Notes under the pieces: generated by a model
What the model was told of the DNA's origin: nothing
The model's input: only the letters and a program-made list of their open reading frames with translations
The model's database searches: none
DNA from: an uncultured Gemmatimonadales bacterium
Lineage (GTDB): Bacteria > Gemmatimonadota > Gemmatimonadetes > Gemmatimonadales > GWC2-71-9
Length of the DNA stretch: 64,000 nt
Direction: 5' to 3'
Assembly: GCA_963762545.1 (NCBI GenBank)
Contig: CAVXLC010000001.1
Location: forward strand, 372,546-436,545
Shown: positions 49,740 to 60,119 of the stretch, one piece after another
How positions within the stretch are numbered: the first letter of the stretch is position 1
Layout: each line of letters begins with the position of its first letter
Position numbers and translations under genes: made by a program

Positions 49740-50068
49740 CCGCGCCTTGCCATTCCGCCCACCGCGCGCGGCCCGACGGTTCGGGCCCTCATGACCCTCG
49801 CCGGCGCGCCGGCCGGGCACGAGCTGCGGGGCCCCAACATGATTCTGGTGCTGGTATCGGAAGCTTCGGACGGCTGCCAGTTGGCCTATGGCTGTCCGAG
49901 TTGGACGACCAGTTCAGCAGCAACACCGTGATCGTGGCGATCACCCAGACCGGCGGCCCCCTGCCGGCGGCAGAGGGCCCGTTCCGGATCGCGATCGGCG
50001 GCGGCGGAGAGCACCGGGCCCGGTGGCTGCGCAACCTGGTGCGGCTCCGCCCGGTTCGCGTGTCATAG
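49740..50068 (+). pseudogene. remnant of a small molybdopterin-binding-domain (oxidoreductase Moco-binding-like) gene; 5-prime truncated and frame-shifted
   Basis: One frame gives ..VRALMTLAGAPAGHELRGPNMILVLVSEASDGCQLAY. The next frame continues LSELDDQFSSNTVIVAITQTGGPLPAAEGPFRIAIGGGGEHRARWLRNLVRLRPVRVS*. There is no signal peptide or N-terminal half. The family call is from memory of EGPFRLVVPG..RWV-type C-termini. Confidence 0.35.
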
Positions 50069-52582
50069 CGGCGCGTGCGCTCCGCTCCCCACCTTCAGAA
50101 AGGCGGGCGGCGCCAGGTTGAAGTAGTTCGGCGCGGCATCGACCTTCAACACGTAGGAACCGGTCTGCCCCGGGAGCACCGACGTCACCTCGATGGTGTA
50201 GTTGGCGTTGATCGCCCCCGGGTTGGTGAAGACCAGGGTGGCTCCCTGGGTAACGGTGCCGTCGGCCGTCACGAGCACCGATGCCGGCACTCCAGATGGG
50301 ACCAGGCCATCCATGATCCGTATCCGGGGCGCAAACGTTCCCGGTGCCGGGGTCGCGGAAACCGTGAGCGTCTGGTTGCCTCCAATCACGACCTCGAACC
50401 GGTTCGACAAAGTGCCCGCGGAAATGCCCGGGCAGTCGGTACTCGCGAGGGTGAGAGTGGTATTCACCCCGCTGAGCACCCCGCGAAAGGGGCACCCCGT
50501 GACGTTGGGAGATGCGACCGGGTTGACCGTGATGCTGTAGGTCGGGGCCCCGGAAATCGGGAACGCGACGATGTCGAGCGGATGGGCCCCCATGAGGAAG
50601 ATCGGCGTTGTGCCTCCGGTCGGGACTCCGGCATCCACACGGCCGCTGGAAGATTCAGGATCCTTGATGAGCAGGCTCACGAAATCGGACGACGCCACCG
50701 TGAGACTGATTGTCTGCTGAGAGGCCGAGGTAAACCGGTATCGGTGCAGCGGGCCGAACGGCACGTTGCAGTCGGTGGCCGGCGCGAAGGTGCGGGGACC
50801 AACCGTCACACCCAGGAACAGGGGAGTCTGGGCGCAGGCGGGACCATAGGCCGCGCCCTGCATCCGCACGTTGCTGAACGCGGTGACCCCGTGAGTGACG
50901 ACATACCAGACCCCGGGAGTCGCGGCCGCGCCGGTGAAGACGCAGCGCTGCACCGGCCCGCTGGGGTTCAGCGGACAATTGGCGTGATCCGCCAGGGTCG
51001 GGAAGTCACCACCCTGCCGGACGTACAGCGTCACGTCGCCGGGACCGCCGTAGGTATCGAACGAGAGATCATTGGTTCCGGCCGGAACCACGAACCGGAT
51101 GTAGGCGTCCGACCCCGCGGCGCCGGAGAATTGTCCCAGCTCGCCGAGCCCGTTTGGCGCGGTGTTCACCAGCAGATTGGTCAGCGTCAGGGTACCGCTG
51201 GTCGCCGGGACATAACCCGGAGCGGCAAACCGCAGAGTATGGTTCCCGGTCCCCAGGATGTTCAGGTCGTGGAACTGGGCCCGCCCGTTGGCGTCGGTCA
51301 GCATCGTGAGGCTCGCCCCGGGGGCGGCGGGGGCGGCCGGTGTGGGTGCCACGAACAGGCCCACCGCCAGCTCCCCGGTTCCGCTGGCGAGCGACACGGT
51401 GACCGCCACCCCGGCCTGGTGCACCTCGTTGCCCAGCCCGTCGGCGAGCTGAATCATCGGCTGCTGGAAGAACTCGATGTTGCTCCGGGGATTCGCCGAG
51501 GGCGCGGTGGCGATGAGGAGCTGGGGCGGCGGAATCACCGTGATGTTGCCCGACGCGGTGCTGCGGGGCTGGCCTCCGAGCGTGGCCGCGAAACCGACCG
51601 TGACGGTCACCTGCCCCGCCCCGCCGGTCACGCCGAGTCCGGCAAAGGTCGCCACCCCGGCGGCATCGGTGGTTGCCGTCGCGGTGCCGGACACGGATCC
51701 CGGCCCGGTGGCGACCGATGCGGTGACCACCACACCCGCCTGGGCCACGTTGTTTCCCGCCGCGTCCTGGAGCTGCACCGCGGGCTGCTGCCCGAGCGCC
51801 ACGCCGCCGACGGCGCTGTTGGAAGGCTGGGTCGTGACCGTGAGCTGGGCCGCCGCGCCGGCGGCGAGGGCAATGCTGCCCGAGCTGACGGTCGCGGAGG
51901 AGCCGTTGAGGGTCGCGGTGAATGACAAGGTGCGGTTCCCGATGACCCCGCTCACCACGAGATCGGTGAAGACCGCCGCGCCGCTCGCGTTGGTGTTCAC
52001 CGTCACCGTCCCGCCCAGGATCCCGCCTCCGCTGGCGATCGCGGCGGTCACGGCCACGCCGGCCTGGGGCACGTTGTTGCCACCGGCGTCCTTGAGCTGC
52101 ACGGTGGGCTGCTGCGCCAGCGCCGCGCCGCTCTGGGCCGCCGCCGACGGCTGGGTCGAGAGCGCGAGCTGGCTCGGCGGGGGCTGGGTGGCGGTGAGGG
52201 TGAAATCGAGGAATTCGGTGGAGGATACCGACCCCCGCAGCGTCTGGGCCCCCAGCGCGGGACCAAGCGTCCAGGTGGCGCTGACGCTCCCGTCGGCGCC
52301 GCTGGTGACCGTGGCGGACCCCGCGCCGTTCACGGTGCCGCCTCCGGCCGTGACGGTGAGGGTCACCGCCTTGCCGGCCACCGGCGTGGTGCCGCCTCCG
52401 CTCTCCTTATGCAGGACCTTGACGGCGATGGGCAGGACGCTGCCGGCGGCGGCGCTGGTGGGCGGGGCAACGCTCGCCTGGACCAGGAATCCGAGGTCGG
52501 GGCCCGCGGTGTCTCCGCCTCCGCCGCAGGCGGTGGCCGAAATCAGCAGGAGTACGGCTCCGAGGAAACGGATGTTCGGCAT
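50063..52582 (-). CDS. surface lipoprotein with tandem Ig-like (Big/invasin-type) domains and a PPC-like domain
   Basis: MPNIRFLGAVLLLISATAC has a lipobox. There are four Ala/Gly/Thr/Val-rich Ig-like modules. DAYIRFVVPAGTNDLSFDTYGGPGDVTLYVRQGG resembles pre-peptidase C-terminal domains. The C-terminal ~300 aa is Cys-containing and beta-rich. Confidence 0.75.
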   Translation of the reverse strand: MPNIRFLGAVLLLISATACGGGGDTAGPDLGFLVQASVAPPTSAAAGSVLPIAVKVLHKESGGGTTPVAGKAVTLTVTAGGGTVNGAGSATVTSGADGSVSATWTLGPALGAQTLRGSVSSTEFLDFTLTATQPPPSQLALSTQPSAAAQSGAALAQQPTVQLKDAGGNNVPQAGVAVTAAIASGGGILGGTVTVNTNASGAAVFTDLVVSGVIGNRTLSFTATLNGSSATVSSGSIALAAGAAAQLTVTTQPSNSAVGGVALGQQPAVQLQDAAGNNVAQAGVVVTASVATGPGSVSGTATATTDAAGVATFAGLGVTGGAGQVTVTVGFAATLGGQPRSTASGNITVIPPPQLLIATAPSANPRSNIEFFQQPMIQLADGLGNEVHQAGVAVTVSLASGTGELAVGLFVAPTPAAPAAPGASLTMLTDANGRAQFHDLNILGTGNHTLRFAAPGYVPATSGTLTLTNLLVNTAPNGLGELGQFSGAAGSDAYIRFVVPAGTNDLSFDTYGGPGDVTLYVRQGGDFPTLADHANCPLNPSGPVQRCVFTGAAATPGVWYVVTHGVTAFSNVRMQGAAYGPACAQTPLFLGVTVGPRTFAPATDCNVPFGPLHRYRFTSASQQTISLTVASSDFVSLLIKDPESSSGRVDAGVPTGGTTPIFLMGAHPLDIVAFPISGAPTYSITVNPVASPNVTGCPFRGVLSGVNTTLTLASTDCPGISAGTLSNRFEVVIGGNQTLTVSATPAPGTFAPRIRIMDGLVPSGVPASVLVTADGTVTQGATLVFTNPGAINANYTIEVTSVLPGQTGSYVLKVDAAPNYFNLAPPAFLKVGSGAHAPL
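51170..52490 (-). repeat. tandem intragenic domain repeat, 324-nt (108-codon) period
   Basis: The homologous motif encoding (P/A/H)QAGV.VT recurs with its CCTGG core at 52063, 51739 and 51415, exactly 324 nt apart. A more divergent copy (PVAGKAVT) lies 315 nt further upstream in the gene. Confidence 0.5.
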
Positions 52583-52895
52583 GGTCCAGCTCCGGTAGGG
52601 GAAGCCGGTCCCCTTCCGGGGTCCGGGTGTTTCCCCTGAAGGCGGAAAATCCGGCCGAATCGGGTCATTCGACCTGGAACCCCGCCTGGCCCTCGGCTCA
52701 AGAGCAACCCGGCTCGCTCGAGGCCGAGGAGGCCTTCGCGGCTATGCCTACGACCAGCTGAAGCGTCAGGAGGCGTTCGACCTCCCGCGCACGGCGGAGC
52801 AAGTTACCAGCGGCCTCAGGTAGCGAACTTGACGCGGTCGGTCCGGGGGAGTTCCTTGGGGTGAGCCACCTTCCCCCACCAGGGGTCCCTCGCCA

Positions 52896-53747
52896 TTGAA
52901 TACGACGCAGCCGGCGTCTTCCCGGTCTCTCCTCGCTTTCCTGGAAAACGAGTATGTGCGGGCCGCCGGGGCGGTGGTTCTGGCCACGGCGATCGGGCTC
53001 GTGGTGCGGAGCCGGTTGCAGCCCATCGACGTGGCCATGCTCTACCTGCTGGCCGTCGTTTTCGTCGCCTCGCGTTTCAGCCGGGGCCCCGCGGTGCTTG
53101 CCGGTGTCGCAACGGTCGCGCTCTTCGATTTCCTCTTCGTGCCCCCGTATTACACCTACTCGGTGCTGGACCGGAGCTACGTGGTGAGCTTTGGCGTCAT
53201 GTTTGCGATCGCGCTGCTCATGGGTCAGCTGACCGGCCGGATCCGGGAACAGGCCCAGGATGCCGCCGAGCGGGAGCGCCAGACCAACGCGCTGTATCAG
53301 ATGACCCGCGAGCTGGCGGTCGCGCCCGACAGCCGGGCCCAGATTTCCATTGCGGCGGAGCACATCGGACGGGCCGTCGGCGGGGAGGCGACGGTGCTCT
53401 TGCTCGACCGCCTGCCGAAGAACGCCGGATCACCTGAATGGCCCACGGAGGGACCGCTGGTCAGCCTCGACGTGAGGATGGCGGCCACCTGGGCGGTCGA
53501 GCATCGCGAAGCGGCAGGATGGAGCGCCGTGCATGGCGCCGGCGCCGAAGCGCTGGTGGTTCCGCTCAAGAGCCCGACCCGGATCGTGGGAATTGCGGTG
53601 GCCCGGCCCGAGGCCCTCGAACGCCGGCTGTCCGAGACCCAGCTCCGGACGGTCGAGGCACTCGCGGAACAAGCCGCGATCGCGCTCGAGCGCGGCGCGG
53701 GAATGGGGCGCGGGATGCCTCGGTCGCTCGACGAAACGAGCGTCTAG
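52896..53747 (+). CDS. KdpD-like membrane (DUF4118) plus GAF-like domain protein lacking both sensor N-domain and kinase transmitter
   Basis: IDVAMLYLLAVVFVASRF..ALFDFLFVPPYYTYSVLD..FAIALLMGQLTGRIREQ resembles the KdpD TM bundle. A GAF-like segment follows, ending ..EQAAIALERG where KdpD normally continues into HisKA. TTG start at 52896 is uncertain. kdpE starts 7 nt after the stop. Confidence 0.65.
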   Translation: MNTTQPASSRSLLAFLENEYVRAAGAVVLATAIGLVVRSRLQPIDVAMLYLLAVVFVASRFSRGPAVLAGVATVALFDFLFVPPYYTYSVLDRSYVVSFGVMFAIALLMGQLTGRIREQAQDAAERERQTNALYQMTRELAVAPDSRAQISIAAEHIGRAVGGEATVLLLDRLPKNAGSPEWPTEGPLVSLDVRMAATWAVEHREAAGWSAVHGAGAEALVVPLKSPTRIVGIAVARPEALERRLSETQLRTVEALAEQAAIALERGAGMGRGMPRSLDETSV

Positions 53748-53753
53748 CGCCGG

Positions 53754-54467
53754 ATGCCAGGTCCTACCCTGCTGGTCATCGATGATGAGGCCCAGATCCG
53801 CCGAGTAGTCCGGAACGCCTTCAAGGACGCGGGCGCGCGAATTCTGGAGGCGGCCACCGCCTCCCAGGGCATCGATCTCGCGGCGTCGGAACGCCCCGAT
53901 CTCATCGTGCTGGATCTGGGCCTGCCGGACATGCCCGGCGTCGATGTATGTCGCGAGATCCGGCGCTGGTCGGTCGCTCCGATTCTGGTTCTCTCCGCCC
54001 GCCACTCCGATGAAGAAAAGGTCCGGCTGCTGGACGCCGGCGCCGACGACTACGTCACCAAGCCATTCAGCACCTCGGAGCTTCAGGCGCGGTCCCGGGC
54101 CCTGCTGCGCCGGGCCCAGGGTCGCGGCCCGGCCGGCGAGTCCCGCATCGAGATCGGCGGGCTGATACTCGATCTCACCGCCCGGAGCCTGACGGTAGAC
54201 GAAAACCCGGTGCACCTGACTCCGATCGAGTGGGATCTGCTGCGGGAGATGATGGTCAACGCCGGCCGCACCCTGACCCACCAGCATCTGTTCGGTCAGG
54301 TCTGGCGCGGCCGCCAGTTCGGCAACGCCCAGCAGTATCTCCGGGTGTACGTGGCCCACCTGCGCCGGAAGATCGAGGCCGATTCGCTTCGGCCCCGGTA
54401 TATCCACACCGAGCCGGGCGTTGGATATCGCTTTGCGACCGCGGCGGAGTTCGCCGCGCAGGACTAG
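53754..54467 (+). CDS. kdpE: OmpR-family response regulator KdpE
   Basis: LLVIDDE..PDLIVLDLGLPDM..ILVLSAR..GADDYVTKPF receiver domain plus winged-helix LTPIEWDLLREMM..YLRVYVAHLRRKIE..IHTEPGVGYRF. Located in the kdp locus. Confidence 0.85.
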   Translation: MPGPTLLVIDDEAQIRRVVRNAFKDAGARILEAATASQGIDLAASERPDLIVLDLGLPDMPGVDVCREIRRWSVAPILVLSARHSDEEKVRLLDAGADDYVTKPFSTSELQARSRALLRRAQGRGPAGESRIEIGGLILDLTARSLTVDENPVHLTPIEWDLLREMMVNAGRTLTHQHLFGQVWRGRQFGNAQQYLRVYVAHLRRKIEADSLRPRYIHTEPGVGYRFATAAEFAAQD

Positions 54468-54468
54468 C

Positions 54469-55960
54469 GTGCCCCGCGCCCCGGTCTGGCGCTGGCTGGT
54501 GTGGGGCCTGGTCCTCGCCGGCGTCACGCTGCTCCTGGTGCAGCTGCGTGGACGCCTCGACAAGGCGCACATCACGCTGGTGTTTCTCCTTGTCGTTCTG
54601 GCGGGAACCCTGAGTGGCGGCCGCGCGCTCGGCCTGGTGCTCGGGGCGATTTCCTTTCTGCTGTTCAACTGGTTCCTGCTGCCACCCTACCACACCTTCG
54701 CGCTCAACGACCCGCTCGACTGGCTGGTGCTGGTAGCGTTTCTGATCGTGAGCGCCGTGGTCGCGGAGATCCTCCACCGGCTCCGGGGGGAGGCCGACGC
54801 CGCCCGGCGGCGCGCCGCCGAGGTCGACCGATTTGCCACGCTGGGTGCCGAGGCCTTGAAGGTGGGCCGCGCCGAGGAGGCTCTCGCCGCCATTACCGAC
54901 GTCGTTCGCGCCGAGCTGGAGCTTGACCGGTGCCGGATCCATACCTCCCGAGTCCCGGACCGGGAAGGGACCAGCCCAGCGGACCCGCTCGTTACCTGGA
55001 CGGCCGAGCATGGCCGCGTTGCGATCCTTCGGGCCGACGGCACCAGCCGGCTCACCGGGACCGCCGACCTTCCTGCGGGCAGAATGGATGACGCCCTCAG
55101 CGTCTTTCTCCCCCTCGCGGTTCGCGGGAGCACGATCGGGGTGCTCGAGCTGGGCGCACGGCGGCCGCTCGATCTCTCACCGGCACAGCTCCGTTTTCTG
55201 ACCGCGCTGGCCCATTACGCGGCGCTCGCCGTCGAGCGGGCCCGGCTGGAGGCCGAGGCCGGTCGCATCGAAGTGCTGCAGGAGGCGGACCGGCTCAAGG
55301 ACGCGTTGCTCGCGTCGGTGTCCCACGACTTGCGGACCCCGCTCACCACCATCAAGGCGCTGGCCCACGAGATGGCAGGGGGAGACGAGCGCGCCCTCGC
55401 CATCGAGGAGGAGGCCGACCGGCTCAACCGGATGGTGGCCAACCTGCTGGACCTGACCCGCCTCAAGAGCGGCGAGCTGGGTCTGCATCATCGAGATCAA
55501 CGCGGTGGATGAGCTGATCGGCGCGCTGCTGCAGCGCGTCTCCGGCGCGCTCGACGGTCGCGAGATCACCGTTCGGCTGGAGGACGGCGGCACCCTGCTG
55601 GTGGGTCGCTTCGACCTGGCGCAATCGCTTCGGATACTGGTCAACCTGGTCGAGAACGCCCACAAGTACTCTCCGGCGGGAACGCCGGTTGAAATTGCCG
55701 TCGGCCGGGCCGGCGCGTTCCTCTCCATTGCCGTGGCCGATCGCGGTCCCGGCGTCCCGGCCACCGAGGCGGGATCCATCTTCGAGCCGTTCTATCGCTC
55801 TCCCGGCGCGCTCCCGGATGTCGGAGGCGCCGGGCTCGGCCTCGCCATTGCCCGGCAACTGGCCCGGGCTCAGGAGGGCGATGTTCGCTACGCCGCCCGC
55901 CCGGGCGGTGGTGCCGTCTTCACGTTGACCCTTCCCGCCGCGGAACTGCCCGCCGAATAA
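54469..55960 (+). pseudogene. KdpD C-terminal-half-type sensor histidine kinase (DUF4118, GAF-like, HisKA, HATPase_c); +1 frameshift near 55485-55492
   Basis: GTG at 54469. TM bundle FLLFNWFLLPPYHTFALND. H-box ASVSHDLRTPLTTIKAL. ORF 1 ends ..KSGELGLHHRDQRGG*. The next frame reads IEINAVDELIGALLQRV.. with canonical N-box LVENAHKYSPAG, G1 DRGPGV, F-box FEPFYR and G2 GAGLGLAIAR. Confidence 0.7.
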
Positions 55961-55973
55961 CCCGCCCCGCTGA

Positions 55974-55993
55974 GCCGCCGTCGGTCCGGCGGC
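55974..55993 (+). terminator. GC hairpin after the histidine kinase gene
   Basis: GCCGCCG (55974-55980), loop TCGGTC, CGGCGGC (55987-55993), 14 nt after the TAA stop. A T5 run follows about 14 nt later. Not a canonical intrinsic terminator. Confidence 0.3.
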
Positions 55994-56003
55994 GCAGTCT
56001 GGA

Positions 56004-56026
56004 ACATTTTTAACGACATCTTCACG
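56004..56026 (+). promoter_or_regulatory. tandem direct repeat ACAT(T/C)TT..ACG in the only AT-rich patch upstream of kdpFABC (candidate KdpE box)
   Basis: ACATTTTTAACG (56004-56015) is immediately followed by ACATCTTCACG (56016-26). A third ACATTTAC lies at 56039-46 and TATCCT at 56069-74. OmpR-family regulators bind direct repeats at roughly one helical turn. Confidence 0.25.
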
Positions 56027-56121
56027 CCCCGCTCACGGACATTTACCCCGGTTTCGCGCCACGGACGGTATCCTGCGTCCGGTCGCCGCAACGGTGCGGT
56101 GCAACGGAAGGTGGATTCGAT

Positions 56122-56244
56122 ATGAAGGACGCGCTCTACATCCTCGGCACCCTGGGCTTCTTCTGGCTCATGATCGCCTATGTGCGCTGGTGCGAGTCCC
56201 AGGGCAAGAAGAGCGTCCCGGCCAAGGAGGAACCGACCCCATGA
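56122..56244 (+). CDS. unlisted 40-codon ORF encoding a single-TM peptide, overlapping the kdpF start (ATGA)
   Basis: MKDALYILGTLGFFWLMIAYVRWCESQGKKSVPAKEEPTP. ATG at 56122 follows GGAAGGTGG. 37 of 40 codons end in G/C. The stop at 56242-44 overlaps the kdpF ATG at 56241. Below the ORF-track size cutoff. Confidence 0.35.
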   Translation: MKDALYILGTLGFFWLMIAYVRWCESQGKKSVPAKEEPTP

Positions 56245-56330
56245 GTCTCGGCAACGTCGTGGCCATCGTGCTGACCCTGGCCGTGCTCGGGTACCTCCTG
56301 TACACCATGCTCCGGCCGGAGGAGTTCTGA
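56241..56330 (+). CDS. kdpF: K+-transporting ATPase subunit F
   Basis: 29 aa: MSLGNVVAIVLTLAVLGYLLYTMLRPEEF, close to the E. coli KdpF pattern ..LLLGYLVYALINAEAF. AAGGAGG lies 10 nt upstream. Immediately precedes kdpA. Confidence 0.75.
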   Translation: MSLGNVVAIVLTLAVLGYLLYTMLRPEEF

Positions 56331-56331
56331 T

Positions 56332-58048
56332 ATGACCGCCAATGGCTGGCTGCAGATCCTCTTCTACGGACTCTGCCTGCTGCTGGTCGCCAAGCCGCTC
56401 GGGCTCTACATGGTCCGGATCTATGACGGCTCCATGCGATGGTTGGCGCCGGTCGAGCGGGTCATCTATCGGGTCAGCGGCATCGATCCGACGGAGGACC
56501 AGCACTGGACCCGCTACGCGCGGCGGCATGCTGCTCTTCAGCGTCGCGTCCATGTTGCTGACCTACGTGGTCCTGCGGCTTCAACACCTGCTGCCGCTCA
56601 ACCCGCAGCACTTCCCGGCGGTGACCGACCACCAGTCCTTCGAGACCGCGGCGTCGTTCACCACCAACACGAACTGGCAGTCCTACAGCGGGGAGACGAC
56701 GATGTCGTACTTCTCGCAGATGACCCAGCTCGCGTTTCACAACTTCATCTCCGCGGCGGTCGGCATCGCCTGCGCGGTGGCGCTGGTGCGGGGCATCGCG
56801 CGGAAGAGCGCCGGGCGGCTGGGCAACTTCTGGGTGGATACGGTCCGCGGTACGCTGTACCTCCTGCTCCCGATTTCCTTCATCGCGGCTCTCCTGCTGA
56901 TGCAGCAGGGCGTCATCCAGAACTTCAAGCCGTATCTCGAAGTCACCACCCTGGAGGGCGCCAAGCAGGTCCTCGCCATGGGGCCGGCCGCCAGCCAGAT
57001 CGCCATCAAGCAGGTCGGCTCCAACGGCGGCGGTTTCTTCAACATGAACTCGGCCCACCCGTTCGAGAACCCGACGCCGTGGTCGAACTTCATCGAGATG
57101 TTCGCTCTCCTGGCGTTGGCCTCCGGGTTGATCTGGATGTTCGGGGAGATGGTGAAGAAACGGGCCCACGGCTGGGCCCTCTGGACCGCGGTGTTCGTGA
57201 TCTTCGCCGGCGGCGTGACGACGGCGTACTGGGCGGAGGCCCGGGGCAATCCGATCCACGCCGCGCGCGGGATCGACGTGGTCGCGTCGGACGTGCAGTC
57301 GGGCGGCAACATGGAGGGCAAGGAGGTCCGCTACGGCATCGCCAACTCGGTCCTGTGGGCCACCGCGACGACCGATGCCTCGAACGGCTCGGTCAATTCG
57401 ATGCACGACTCCTTCACGCCGCTCGGCGGCCTGGTACCCCTCGTCAACATCCAGCTGGGCGAGGTGGTGTTCGGCGGCGTCGGGGCCGGGCTCTACGGCC
57501 TGCTCATGATGGTGGTGCTCACCGTCTTCATCGCCGGGCTGATGGTGGGGCGGACACCCGAGTATCTCGGAAAACGGATTCAGGCGCGCGAAGTGCAGAT
57601 GGTGATGCTCTACGTCCTGATCTTCCCGGCCGCGATTCTCACTCTCACGGCCATCTCGGTGGTGGTGCAGCCCGGGCTGGCCGGCCTCAACAACGCCGGC
57701 CCCCATGGGCTCAGCGAGATTCTCTACGCCTTCTCGTCGACGGCCGGCAACAACGGCAGCGCCTTCGCCGGCCTGACCGGATCGACCTACTACTACAACA
57801 CCCTGCTCGGGCTCAACACGCTCATCGGCCGGTTCGTCATGATCGTGCCGATGCTGGCCCTGGCCGGCTTTCTGGCCGAAAAGAAGGTGGCGCCGGAATC
57901 GGTCGGCACCTTCCCGGTCACGACGCCGCTCTTCGTCGTGCTGCTCATCGCGGTGGTCCTCATCGTCGGCGCACTCACCTTCTTCCCGGTGCTCTCGCTC
58001 GGACCCATCGTCGAGCACCTGCTGATGGGCGCGGGGAGGCTCTTCTGA
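56332..58048 (+). pseudogene. kdpA: K+-transporting ATPase subunit A, +1 frameshift near 56515-56530
   Basis: Frame 1 (ATG 56332) reads MTANGWLQILFYGLCLLLVAKPLG..EDQHWTRYA and then junk. Frame 2 (ORF 56342..58048) is KdpA from MLLFSVASMLLTYVVLRLQHLLPLNPQ..TNTNWQSYSGETTMSYFSQM..NGGGFFNMNSAHPFENPT.. to the C-terminus. The stop lies 1 nt before the kdpB ATG. Confidence 0.8.
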
Positions 58049-58049
58049 C

Positions 58050-60115
<2,066 letters not shown>

Positions 60116-60119
<4 letters not shown>

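Noticed and set aside
51400-52130. Regularly spaced similar DNA segments that could resemble a repeat array or CRISPR
   Set aside because: The period is 324 nt and the units are contiguous coding sequence for Ig-like domains within one ORF. There are no short identical repeats with unique spacers and no cas genes.
55995-56016. TGGAAC-N..-TAACG resembling a sigma54 -24/-12 element upstream of kdp
   Set aside because: The -12 element (consensus TTGC) is not matched and the spacing is off. No enhancer-binding-protein gene is nearby. The direct-repeat (KdpE-box) reading fits better.
55961-56121. Possible c-di-AMP (ydaO/kimA-type) riboswitch in the kdp leader, as seen in some Firmicutes
   Set aside because: The leader is only about 160 nt, and I could not recognise the pseudo-two-fold conserved ACGGGGA/CCCGA-type cores. 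A covariance-model scan (Rfam RF00379) would be needed to claim it.
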